From the NCBI RefSeq assembly GCF_964355755.1, contig NC_092679.1:24900432-24964431 (forward strand): a stretch of 64,000 nt of DNA. Direction: 5' to 3'. How positions within the stretch are numbered: the stretch's first letter is position 1; each line of letters opens with the position of its first letter. Made by a program: the position numbers and the translations under genes. Shown piece after piece: positions 50,200-61,733 of this stretch. The notes beneath the pieces are model-generated. The model had not been told where the DNA came from, made no database searches, and was given only the letters and a program-made list of their open reading frames with translations. The stretch is from Antedon mediterranea (Eukaryota; Animalia; Echinodermata).

Positions 50200-53100
50200 G
50201 GGTGTCACGAAACCTAAGACCATGAAAGCGAAGACCCCCTAAGACCACGAAAGCTAAGACCCAAGACCTAAGATTACAAATATTTATCTTTCGCACCTGC
50301 CTTGTATTTTAACTCCCAACATTTATTCTGAATACCACACCTAAGAATTGGCACTTTCATGAAAAAGAATCACATAAAAAGTAACAAATACATTTTTAAA
50401 TTGATGATTTTACAGACGTTTTTCTCGAACACAAAATGACTAGCCTACAGTACAGTAGGCCTACCCCATGGGCCATGTTCAATGTTTTTGTTTCTATGGA
50501 ACGTCAAAAGAGCAAAAATTATATAGAGGGCTGAAAACTCTGCGGAGTCCATCTACAGTGTGGATGGAACAATGTAAATTTAAAATTGTAATGATAATAG
50601 TATAATCATGCAAGTACGAAGAAATAAATACTGGCAAATAAATTTTAATTTAAAAATCATGATAAGTTTTTTTGTTTCGTTTTCTTTCTGTTTTTATACT
50701 TGTACTATTATTGTTGCTCTTTTGGCGCTCCATAGAAACAAAAACATTGAGCATGGGGAGCTCGAGGAGTTACATTACAGTATACAATGAAACACATCTG
50801 TAAAATCATCAATTTAAAGGATTTATTTATTTGTTATTATGTGTTTCTCCTTCTGAAAGTACTTATAAGTCCTAATTTTAAAGTGTGGTGTTCAGGATAA
50901 AGTTAGTCAACAAATTTGGAGTCAAAATACAAGAAAGGCAGGTGCGTAAGAAAAACATCCTCTGAACCAACACAATGGAGTAAATATATACCAACAAACA
51001 ACCCGTCAAGTTTTGTTTGTTGTAAAGAAAAAATATACATTTACTCAACGGGCGAAAATAATGTGAGTTTATCTATGTTTTGGATAGAGATCCTGCTGCA
51101 GACTGTCCGCCATGCGGTATGTCTGCCAGGCGGTTAGTCTGGGCTCCAGACGGAGTTTTTTCTTAATATTAGTAAAAATATAAATATTTTTGCACATATG
51201 GCGTTTCATACGTGTATTACTTGAGTTTGGATACTCCGTCTGGGGAAACACGCAAAAGTCACGTGGTTTGACACAAAGAATTCTTGGTGCATAGATTATC
51301 CGGTTGATTAGTTTCAGCTGCATGCGATTGGCTACTCACTCGTACACTGTTTTAATATTCATATTTCAGAATTTCAAAGACTCAACAACTAAGATGGTAC
51401 GCATGCGCTATGTTACGTTTAGACAATGTGTACTTTGGGTACATTGATGAAAGTTTCTGAAGGCTAGAAAGGATTTTATATGGATCATTTAATCAGGGAG
51501 ATGTAATTTACATCTCCCTGATTTAATATTACGCGGAGATAATTTGATTTAATTCCCACCCAGACCTGTCCTGGTGGCGATTTTTTTTTTCGTACATAAG
51601 TTGGGGACCCCCTCATGAAACGTCACAAAATAAATATGAATAATTCATCAGTTAAATTTTCTTGTTCCGTGTGCACCCAAGCGTATAGCAACAAGAAGTG
51701 ATTACACAACTGCGATACGATACTTTTATTTCTACAGTAGGCCTGAGACAATAATGAGTTATATATGAGTATGAGTTTATGAATAGCCCTTCATCAATGC
51801 ATGTGAGAGTACTTAGACAAAACTGTCGGGATATCTAAAATGTTAACTAAGCTAAAATATTCTGTATCTCCCAAAACATGCGTAAATTTCGTAGGAGCAT
51901 GCAACGTATTATTGTTGTAATTCAATAGGGGGTTTACTCTGTTACGGGATACTAAAATTGTAGAACAGTGTAACTGTACCACTACCAGAGAGATTTTAAA
52001 ATCTTTGGTCGTATTACTTACTCTTTCATTATGGCTCTGTTATAAATGTAGAAATAGCGCCCTCTGTTGCCAATATTTTCTAATTCGTCAATGTTTAAAA
52101 AAATCACAATAGACAATTGTAAAAGGTGATTTATTAATTAAAAAGAACAAAAAACTACACACAGTATATCAAGTAATACCAATACGAGTAATTGACGGTC
52201 TACCACACTGTAGATACAATAATTACCCACTGTAAAATGGAATCGCCAGGCTATTGTACTAGTTACAGTAATTACCCACTGTAAAATGGAATCGTCGGGC
52301 AATTTGACAAGGTCGCTACCGGTTGGCGGACACAAACTCCCTCAAAGAATATATCACAAGAATGAGTATTCCGCGATTTTTGCATGAGAAATTTGTAACA
52401 GAGAGCTCCAGAGAGTGATGCCCGCCCTCATAAGGGCGGATGTATACATATTAAATAAGACTTGATTTAATAGATATTATACATGTCACATTAAATAGAA
52501 TTATGATAATAGTTTTGCAATTGTAAACTATTTTATAATACATATTTATTAACAAACTAGTGTACATTCACTTTTACAGACAATTATTTACTAACATGCT
52601 AAGTTAGTTCACAAAAAAGGCCTAACACAGCAACACCAAAAGTCAACGAATCGTTACTCAGCACGGCCTATTCTTTACCATTGCCCGTGTACTACTCTAC
52701 GCCCGGTAAATTAAGTATTGTTTTTATGATATAAATCAGTATAAAATACATGTTATTAATAGGAGAAAATGTTAAATGTCATTAACATTTATTTGTTTTA
52801 CCAGAAACAAGTTAAATATAGGAATATTATTAAACTATCCTACGTGAAAACGCGTAAACACCAACACGCCCGGTCACGCTATTGTAGCGCCCGGTTGATA
52901 AAGCAAACTGTTTATACGGCAGTTTTTACTAAATAAATTGCATAAAGCGAACAATTAAATATCCAAATAGTATTTAACATGATGTTGGCATGTAGTTGAT
53001 AACATTTTTTATCATGAAAATACTACCGGTGGTCCAGCCTTTGATTAGTGAAACCGTCACAAAAAGTTGTATACATCCCAGATACATCCACACTTATGGC

Positions 53101-53425
53101 GGCGCCCTACCACATGGACAATATTACTGTTACAGGGAAAATCGCGGATTACTCATTCTTGTGATATATATTCTTTGACTCCCTCTAGTAGACATACCGC
53201 ATGGCGGACAGTCTGCAGCAACATGCAATTGATGTTTTGCGGTAGTATTAAATTATATTTATGGTAATAAATGAAACCAACTGTGTTTAAAATTATGTAT
53301 GGATAAACAAGTATTGTTTTTAAGCTGTAGTATATCTTAGTATTTGTAATCTTAGGTGTTGGGTCTTAGCTTTCGTGATCTAGGGGGTCTGAGCTTTCGT
53401 GGTCTTATTAGGTTTCGTGACACCC
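50200..53425. mobile_element. Composite 3.2-kb TIR element (Mutator/Foldback-like) directly upstream of ADAT3
   Basis: About 85-bp TIRs gggtgtcacgaaacctaagacc...ctaagattacaaata / tatttgtaatcttag...gtttcgtgacaccc. Internal inverted pairs at 50290-50520/50710-50950 and 51095-51125/53190-53220. No clear TSD. Confidence 0.65.
51494..51520. mobile_element. 27-bp palindrome with 7-bp TSD (putative P-element-type footprint)
   Basis: atttaat-cagggagatgtaa-t-ttacatctccctg-atttaat. It is absent from the paralogous repeat at about 40295. Confidence 0.7.
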
Positions 53426-53772
53426 CCCCTTAGCTTTCCAAACGTGTTTAAAATTTTCCAAAAAGCAATTTCAACCATTTTCGATGATATATCGTATTTT
53501 TTAATCATTAATTGAACCAAGTGTTGGTGGTATGGTGTAAGTAAGGTACACCTATATATGTACATATGGAGTTGTTGAGATTATTATCAACAAACATAAT
53601 ATTCTATAGTAGGTAAGGTTAGGCCGAGCCTGAAGGAAACGGATCACTCCGGTCGGTCACGGTTCGTTCTGTCTGTTCGCGATTTTTTTTTCGTGCGGCA
53701 GTTCCTCCATTACTATGGCGCGCCTAATGAGTCAACTATTTTCTTAATTTCAGAGTAATTAATTAATTTAAG

Positions 53773-56700
53773 ATGGAAGAAGATAGAATTACAGCAGTTT
53801 TAGCAGATTGTTATTTTGAATCAATACCAACAGGTGAGAGATATTAACCTTCCCCACATTAGGCCTACGTTACAACATAGAGATATTAATATCTCTATGG
53901 TTACAATAATCAAATTGGGGAGCAATTTTTTTTTTTTTTTTAACCATATTTAATGAGGGTGATCCATCCACCTATTGCTGATCATTAGGGACCCTCAGAG
54001 GTTCACAAGACAAACATATACACAAGATGCTCTACATAAACAAAGTCTTATTACAAGTCTTTGGGAGTGGAGTGATTTGGTCCTTACATGTGACGGGACT
54101 TGAACCCAGGACCCTTAGAGTGGTAGCCAAGCATCATAACCACCAAGACACAACTTTAATTGATTTAAAATATTACAACTCCTTGATTTAAACATCACTA
54201 ATTATATCAACAGAACTTGTTTGTTACATTTTGTTTATTCCAAGTTAAGAGTTTTATTAATTATTTTTCCACACAGTTCCTGTTCATGTTGCTGAGGTTA
54301 AAGACTGTAAAAACATTTCTGATTTATTGAGGTAATGTTTTGTGTTTTTATTTAATTTGTTTAATTCTCGGGTGCGACATGAACCCACGACCTCCAGATC
54401 ACACACTAGCCTGACATTCATACTTCTAGACCACCAAGCTTGCGCTGATGACTAGGGGTTAGATTTGAGCAGGTAAACATTGGGTTGGCTACTGCTAAAT
54501 ATGTCTTGCTGTACTCTTCAAAAACAGATTTAAATTTGTTTGAATAATGATAAAATATAATGCATTTATTGTAATGAGACATTTCGTCATAAAACGGTTG
54601 GAAGTGAAAGGTTATTGACCTGTAACTTTTATCTATGTAGCATTTCCATATCTCATTGTATGACCATCTGCATAATCATAATTTTTTAATTTTTTTCTGA
54701 ATGGAAAGGGGATTCCTCTCACATAGCCATAAAGCTGTACTGCTTGTGACATCACATTGCACTCCTTACCTCTCAATAATAGAGGGCACTGTTGACCTAA
54801 AAAACACCACCATCAGTTTTTCACGCTGCTGCTCTAGCCCGCTACGTCCCATTAGGACTACTCAATCAGAAGCTAAAGCAAGCAGCAGTTATAGTTCTAA
54901 GGACGACAGTTTTGCGAAAATGGAAATTCCACTATAATTTATTGATTCCAGCTGCTACAGTAGACCCAAAAAAGTCTGGGAAAAGAGTATATTAGGACAA
55001 GTCATGCTAAAATTACAAATCCCAAGCATTTTTGGTATATTCACTGTCAGATATTCATTGAATTATTATCAAAACAGTCCATAAAAGTTTGTGTTTGTAA
55101 TAGGATACTTCACACTTGAAATATCTAGGGTGATGAAGTGACCCCCATACTTGACCTTAGCAATAAAATTAACTAAAGTGACTAAAATTGAGTATTCACT
55201 TCTGTAACAAAAAAATAATATTTATTCACATATAAAAAGAGAAAAGAAACCCCAAACCATTGTCTGACAGACAATTTAAGTATTTGTTGCTTTAAATTAC
55301 ATTTTTTTTCAGGTAAAATAACTATTATGTGACAATAAAATGACACATTCAAAAACATTTGAAATAAAAAATATTTTTCAATAAGCGAGCAGCGTTTTTT
55401 GTGAGAAATATTTCTTGTTAAACTTCAGATGTTGCCATGTATGTTGACATAAACATTGTTTACTTGCGTATCATTTAAACGTAGAGAAACCATTTTAGAA
55501 TTACTTGTGATACACCAGAAAGAAAGACTTGTGATGTCCATGCCCCAGCTTGTGGAGGAGATTTGATCTTTTGTACAATGCGTCATTTAAATTGTTATAT
55601 CGACGTGTGCTAGCAAAGTTTAACAGATTCATCCCTCTCCTAAATCACTAAAATGTACAATATACTGTCATATTTTAACATTCTATATTTGTACAATATT
55701 GTTGAAGTTATACAATTATGTATACACTTCAGACAGAGTGGGATATTGATGCTCTTGTTTTAAAATTATGGCCAAGTGTATCAACATCAAATTTTCTTTT
55801 TATTTAGAAACCTTGAACAGTTGTGTCCATTAGATGAATTAAAACACCTAAAAAGAATAAAATGTTTTAAGAAAGAAGATGGAACCGGTATGTATTATGT
55901 TTGTTTAAACTACCTCACGCGCAGTATCACTCTGTGCAATCTAATGCACTTGTCAATTGTATGACCCACTATACGACCCCCGGGAGAGGTGCGTCATGGG
56001 TGCGTCATTTACAAATAATTACTGACGCAGGGGTGCGTCAAAAAACCTAGATGGTACGTCACATCAATGAAGAAGGTGTGTCAATGTCCGTCACTTTACC
56101 ACCCACCATATCATAAACAACATGGTCACAGTGCGTCAAAATGGGTGCGTCATGGTCACCTAAAGGTAAGTCACCTTTTTGACGCACGGGTGCGTCATGG
56201 TATTCAAAAGTATGACGCACATCGGACAAATGACGCACCTCTCCCGGGGGTCGTATAGTGGGCCATACAATTGACAAGTGCATAACTACATCACATGCAG
56301 CATCACTCTGTGCAAGCTAACTACATCACATGCAACATCACTCAGTGCAAGATAAGTACATCACATGCAGTATCACTCAGTGCAAGATAACTACATCACA
56401 CGCAGCATCACTCAGTGCAAGCTAACTACCTCACACGCAGCATCATTCAGTGCAAGCTAACTACCTCACACGCAGCATCACTCAGTGCAAGCTAACTACA
56501 TCACATGCAGCATCACTCTGTGCAAGCTAACTACATCACATGCAGCATCACTCAGTGCAAGCTAACTACCTCACATGCAGCATCACTCAGTGCAAGCTAA
56601 CTACATCACATGCAGCATCACTCAGTGCAAGCTAACTACATCACATGCAGCATCACTCAGTGCAAGCTAACTACATCACATGCAGTATCACTCTGTGCAA

Positions 56701-59700
56701 GCTAACTACATCACATGCAGTATCACTCAGTGCAAGCTAACTACCTCACATGCAGTATCACTCAGTGCAAGCTAACTACCTCACATGCAGTATCACTCAG
56801 TGCAAGCTAACTACCTCACATGCAGTATCACTCAGTGCAAGCTAACTACCTCACATGCAGTATCACTCAGTGCAAGCTAACTACCTCACATGCAGTATCA
56901 CTCAGTGCAAGCTAACTACCTCACATGCATTATCACTCAGTGCAAGCTAACTACCTCACATGCAGCATCACTCAGTGCAAGATAACTACATCACATGCAG
57001 TATCACTCAGTGCAAGCTAACTACATCACATGCAGCATCACTCTGTGCAAGCTAACTACCTCACATGCAGCATCACTCAGTGCAAGATAACTACATCACA
57101 TGCAGCATCACTCAGTGCAAGATAACTACATCACATGCAGCATCACTCAGTGCAAGCTAACTACATCACATGCAGTATCACTCAGTGCAAGCTAACTACC
57201 TCACATGCAGCATCACTCAGTGCAAGCTAACTACATCACATGCAGCATCACTCTGTGCAAGCTTGGGTGGTCACATTATAGGTTATAATTTAACAAAATG
57301 TGAAGATCAAAATGGTTTCTCAAATTTTTCTTTGATAAATAATTTGTATTTAATTATTACTATTTGTATTACAGATAAATTTGAAGTTATCTTGTGTCCA
57401 ACAAGTAAAGGTGATACAATCCTTCATGATTTACTAAGAAGATGTGATTGTCTTTTAAATTCTAGGGTAACAGAAGTCCCTGCCAAATTACCATTAACAA
57501 GGCATCAATTTAATGAGGCTTCAAAGCTTTGGTCAACGAAATTTCATGAAGACAAAAAGTAAGATATGAATGAAAACTTAACTCAGTATGCCTTTATATC
57601 TGATTATTGCACTTCAGTTATTACCCTGAAACATACCTTCCTCGTTCACTTATGGCAAACAAAAGATTTCATAAACATTTTATTTATTTGTTATGAAAAC
57701 ATTTACCTGGTTTCGATTAGTATATTGATGTGTGTTCATTGATTGTAAACCAACTATCACATATTTACGATCAACTCCTGACGACTGGTCCCCTAGGCTA
57801 CACACCAAAAACATCCAGTGGCCAGTACACACTGTCTTTTTTTTATATCACAACCAAGCTCCAAATATGTTAACTCCTGACGACTGGTCACCTAGGCTAC
57901 ACACCAAAAACATCCAGTGGCCAGTACACACTGTCTTTTTTTTATATCACAACCAAGCTCCAAATATGTTAACTCCTGACGACTGGTCCCCTAGGCTACA
58001 CACCAAAAACATCCAGTGGCCAGTACACACTGTCTTTTTTTTATATCACAACCAAGCTCCAAATATGTTAACTCCTGACGACTGGTCCCCTAGGCTACAC
58101 ACCAAAAACATCCAGTGGCCAGTACACACTGTCTTTTTTTTATATCACAACCAAGCTCCAAATATGTTAACTCCTGACGACTGGTCCCCTAGGCTACACA
58201 CCAAAAACATCCAGTGGCCAGTACACACTGTCTTTTTTTATATCACAACCAAGCTCCAAATATGTTAACTCCTGACGACTGGTCCCCTAGGCTACACACC
58301 AAAAACATCCAGTGGCCAGTACACACTGTCTTTTTTTTATATCACAACCAAGCTCCAAATATGTTAACTCCTGACGACTGGTCTCCTAGGCTACACACCA
58401 AAAACATCCAGTGGCCAGTACACACTGTCTTTTTTTTATATCACAACCAAGCTCCAAATATGTTAACTCCTGACGACTGGTCCCCTAGGCTACACACCAA
58501 AAACATCCAGTGGCCAGTACACACTGTCTTTTTTTTATATCACAACCAAGCTCCAAATATGTTAACTCCTGATGACTGGTCCCCTAGGCTACACACCAAA
58601 AACATCCATTGGCCAGTACACACTGTCTTTTTTATATCACAACCAAGCTCCAAACATACTGTAATAGTGTAATGTTTTATTTTTGTTACACAGAAAGTTT
58701 TAATTAATGATTTGTTTGTAGAATAAGCAAACTGATAGATGGTACAATATTCCAAAAACATGAAATCAATCAAATAGTGTGTAACATGAAAAAGGCAGTT
58801 AACATAGCCAAAAACGGCATACAACTCTCAGAGGTACGTTATTTAAACCTTTCCTAAATTAAGTTTTTTTTAATACTAATATTTATAATAAATAAATTTA
58901 CCAATTTTAATTTTCATCGTCAAAACATTTTTTGTAATGTCACTTGTTATATGTCTTGATGATCAGCCAAATTTAAAAGATTATAAAAAATGGTTTCGAA
59001 ATGCAGACAAAACTAGAAAGCCACTCCCAAGAGTACATACCTCCGCCTACTGTAAAATTCTTCTACATCAGATTTAGTCACTGTAAAGTGTGTGTCTTAA
59101 TGCTGTGTGTGATTTAGGCTAATTTCACTAAAAGCATGTGTATGCGAGTTTGGTGTAATGGTTATGTAACAAGCCTTTCAACTAACAATAGCTTCAGCCA
59201 ACTAACAAAAGAACAGCAATGCGAAAATCAAACGAGTGAATTTGAAAATAAATAGGTAAATTAAATTTAATTATGTTTTAAAATTACAAATCACCAAATA
59301 TAATTCTTGGTAGTTCTCGAGAAAATACAATTTTAGTTTACTGTTACTTTAAGACCGGCATTTGAAATTTCTGTCCTATCTTTTAACACTAGCAAGTCTG
59401 AAAATAATTTAAAAAGTGGTCCAGAATTGGGGCCGTGGTCCGGATTTCCTCCAAAATTTAATGGAGTGGTCCTTGACCACATGTCTATCTGTATTTTCAT
59501 TTTGGGAAAGATCATGTAATTACTTTTTTAGTAATCCTGCTAACAAACACACGCGATCGATTACATATACCTCCTTGGCAGAGGTAAATTATAAGAACAA
59601 CCAACTAGAGACTAATTCCTAACCTCAACAATGTTTCCATTTATATATTCTAACTCTTCAAAATGTATCTCTACTTTTGTCTTATTTTTCCAGATTTGTA

Positions 59701-60792
59701 TAGGTGCTTGTATTGTAAATCCAAAGTGTAATAAAGTGATAGCTTTTTCCTCTGATTACCGACATCAACATCCATTACATCATGCTGTGATGGTGTGTAT
59801 AGATAAAGTTGCACATACTCAGGGCTCTGGAACTTGCCAAACATACAGTAAGGTCTTCGAAATAATAAACTAGTGTCCGATGGAGTTTGTTTTTCACCAT
59901 GTAGTATAGTCTTTCTTTTTTGTACGTACCTCTTGGCTATTTTTATTATACAGTTGACTCTCCCAATATCAGACTCTCTGAACATCGGACACTCTCCCAA
60001 AACCAGACTTTTCTTTAGGTCCCAAATTCATTTTTCGCCATCGTCATCAATTTTTTAAATTAGAGATGAATTAAAGGTGCTATAATATTGATGATTGTTG
60101 TGGCTTCGTTACATTGATTAGGGTAAGAGTTGGTTCAGGTACAAGGTAGCCAAGTTGGTACAAGTTGTCATATGTTGGTTTTGGCACAAGATAACCAGCC
60201 TCTTTTTCAAGGAAGAATAGTTTTTTTAGCACAATCTTTAATCCCTAAAAGCTAATTTAAAACAGAAAAATATTTGTTTTGACATTTTGGATAGTTATAC
60301 AGTAATTACACGCTATAAAATCATTTTTGTTGTATCTTGATCAGAAGATGGTTTTAGTGAGCTTATTCCTGAGTTACCAACGACTTCTCATTCTAAAGAA
60401 TGTCAATATTTATGCACTGGTCTGGATCTTTATTGCACTAGAGAGCCATGTGTCATGTAAGTTGTGTGTTTTTTTACACAAAAGGAAGATGTGGGAAACC
60501 TGTTTTCATTTTTTGAAGTACAACGTGGCTCATTTAAAATCTCTTAAGTTTGTAATATAGTTAATGAATGCAATGCAATGCTGAAACCTACTTTTTATCA
60601 CTGATTTAATTTTTTTTAAGGTGTTCAATGGCATTAGTCCATTCCAGGATTGGCCGAGTTTTTTACGGTACATCAGATCTATGTGGAGCTCTTGGAAAAC
60701 AATACAAGATACATACTAAAGAAGGACTAAATCATCATTTTGAAGTTTTTAAAGGTGCACTTGAAAATGAATGTAAATACCTAAACTCATGA
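53773..60792 (+). CDS. ADAT3: tRNA-specific adenosine-34 deaminase non-catalytic subunit (ADAT3/Tad3), about 309 aa
   Basis: join(53773..53833,54277..54331,55808..55887,57375..57558,58722..58833,59694..59847,60345..60456,60621..60792), consistent phases. Motifs LKHLKRI, VPAKLPLTRHQF..W..FH, HPLHHAVM (Val replacing catalytic Glu), YLCTG.D.Y..REPCVMCSMALVHSRI.RVFYG and LNHHFEVF. Confidence 0.93.
53876..53899. mobile_element. 24-bp perfect palindrome with 7-bp TSD (putative P-element-type footprint)
   Basis: gttacaa-catagagatattaatatctctatg-gttacaa. Confidence 0.7.
53945..54152 (-). mobile_element. tRNA-derived SINE remnant in ADAT3 intron
   Basis: Minus strand reads gtcttggtggttatgatgcttggctaccactctaagggtcctgggttcaagtccc (A/B boxes), with an A-rich tail at about 53925-53945. 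Confidence 0.6.
55945..56282. mobile_element. 338-bp MITE with TAA target duplication (PIF/Harbinger-like)
   Basis: About 52-bp TIR tgcacttgtcaattgtatg(a/g)cccactatacgacccccgggagaggtgcgtca with TAA on both sides. It interrupts the first unit of the 35-bp minisatellite. Confidence 0.85.
56286..57263 (+). repeat. 35-bp minisatellite, about 28 copies (plus one split unit at about 55910)
   Basis: Unit ctacatcacatgcagcatcactcagtgcaagctaa with a few recurring variant positions. Confidence 0.95.
57773..58655 (+). repeat. 99-bp tandem repeat, about 9 copies, in ADAT3 intron
   Basis: Unit aactcctgacgactggtcccctaggctacacaccaaaaacatccagtggccagtacacactgtc(t)7-8atatcacaaccaagctccaaatatgtt. Confidence 0.95.
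59013..59586 (-). mobile_element. Helentron-associated element family A, reverse orientation, in ADAT3 intron
   Basis: Reverse complement of 20230-20903: aactagaaagccactc...tacctccgcc at the left and tacctccttggcagaggta at the right. Confidence 0.85.
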
Positions 60793-60921
60793 TAATTGTT
60801 TGTCTATTTCTTTATTAATACTTAGTTTTATTACAGCTTCTAACTTATGATGCAGAAGATATTTTTTTTTGTCTAACTAGTTCACTTCTTCATTTTGTGT
60901 TTTGCCATATTTTTATTGAAA

Positions 60922-60943
60922 CATAGAGATATTTATCTCTATG
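60922..60943. mobile_element. 22-bp palindrome with 7-bp TSD (putative P-element-type footprint), same terminus as 53876
   Basis: attgaaa-catagagata-tt-tatctctatg-attgaaa. Confidence 0.7.
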
Positions 60944-61044
60944 ATTGAAACAACTGTAGATAACAAATGTTTATAACATTAGTCATCAAAGTATTATTTG
61001 TGAAATTCATACATCTAATGAATAGACTGACACATTGTGTGATG

Positions 61045-61355
61045 CCAATGATTTTGGTGGCAAAATGTAGGTTTTAAGGGTCAAGGAATCCAAATATGTA
61101 CAACATTTTGAAGTTCACCCAATTTCCGCCATTTTCAATGGCTGCCATAAAATTGACAGATTTTTCTTCATATCTGAACTTCTACGTCATATGTATAGAC
61201 ATGACTTTGGTGGAAAAGTATATGTTTTGAAGGTCAAGGCATCCAAAAACTGTGTTGTTATTTACGGATTTGTCTTCATACCTCGGCTTCTACATCATGT
61301 ATGGAAGTGATTTTGGTGGCAAAGTGTAAGTTTTGAGAGTCAAGGAATAACTAAT
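61045..61355 (+). repeat. Three diverged copies of an about 45-bp motif (decayed repeat element)
   Basis: tga(t/c)tttggtgg(c/a)aaa..gt..gtttt...gtcaagg at about 61049, 61202 and 61308. Confidence 0.55.
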
Positions 61356-61733
61356 CATCAATGAAATGGTTGTATTTTGAGTAAATAATAAGCAACAAAT
61401 TACTAAAACTGGTTTCTTAACCGCATTAAAAACAGCAGAAACTGGCCAATACTGTAGTTCAGAGCAGTTTGGCACAATAAACATAAAACACAATAGGCTA
61501 CAGTGTCTCTGTCCTTTTTTATCTTTATTCTGTATTTTTTTTTTTTAAATAAGCTAGCTAGAAGTGAAGATTCGCTGTAAATAAAAAAAAAAACCTATTT
61601 TAAATAATAACCTATCATCCTGATGCTTGTTATTGTAATTGCATTATTTTTACATGAAATCGCACACTTTTTTTACACACAGCCTACTGTAATAATATGA
61701 CAGTCTGCAGAGGTTAGGAAAAGTATAATGTTT

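Noticed and set aside
56286-57263. 35-bp repeats as a CRISPR array
   Set aside because: Units are contiguous with no unique spacers, there are no cas genes, and the array lies in a spliceosomal intron.
57732-58672. 178-aa and 152-aa repetitive ORFs
   Set aside because: By-products of a 99-bp tandem repeat inside an ADAT3 intron. The frame shifts with poly-T length.
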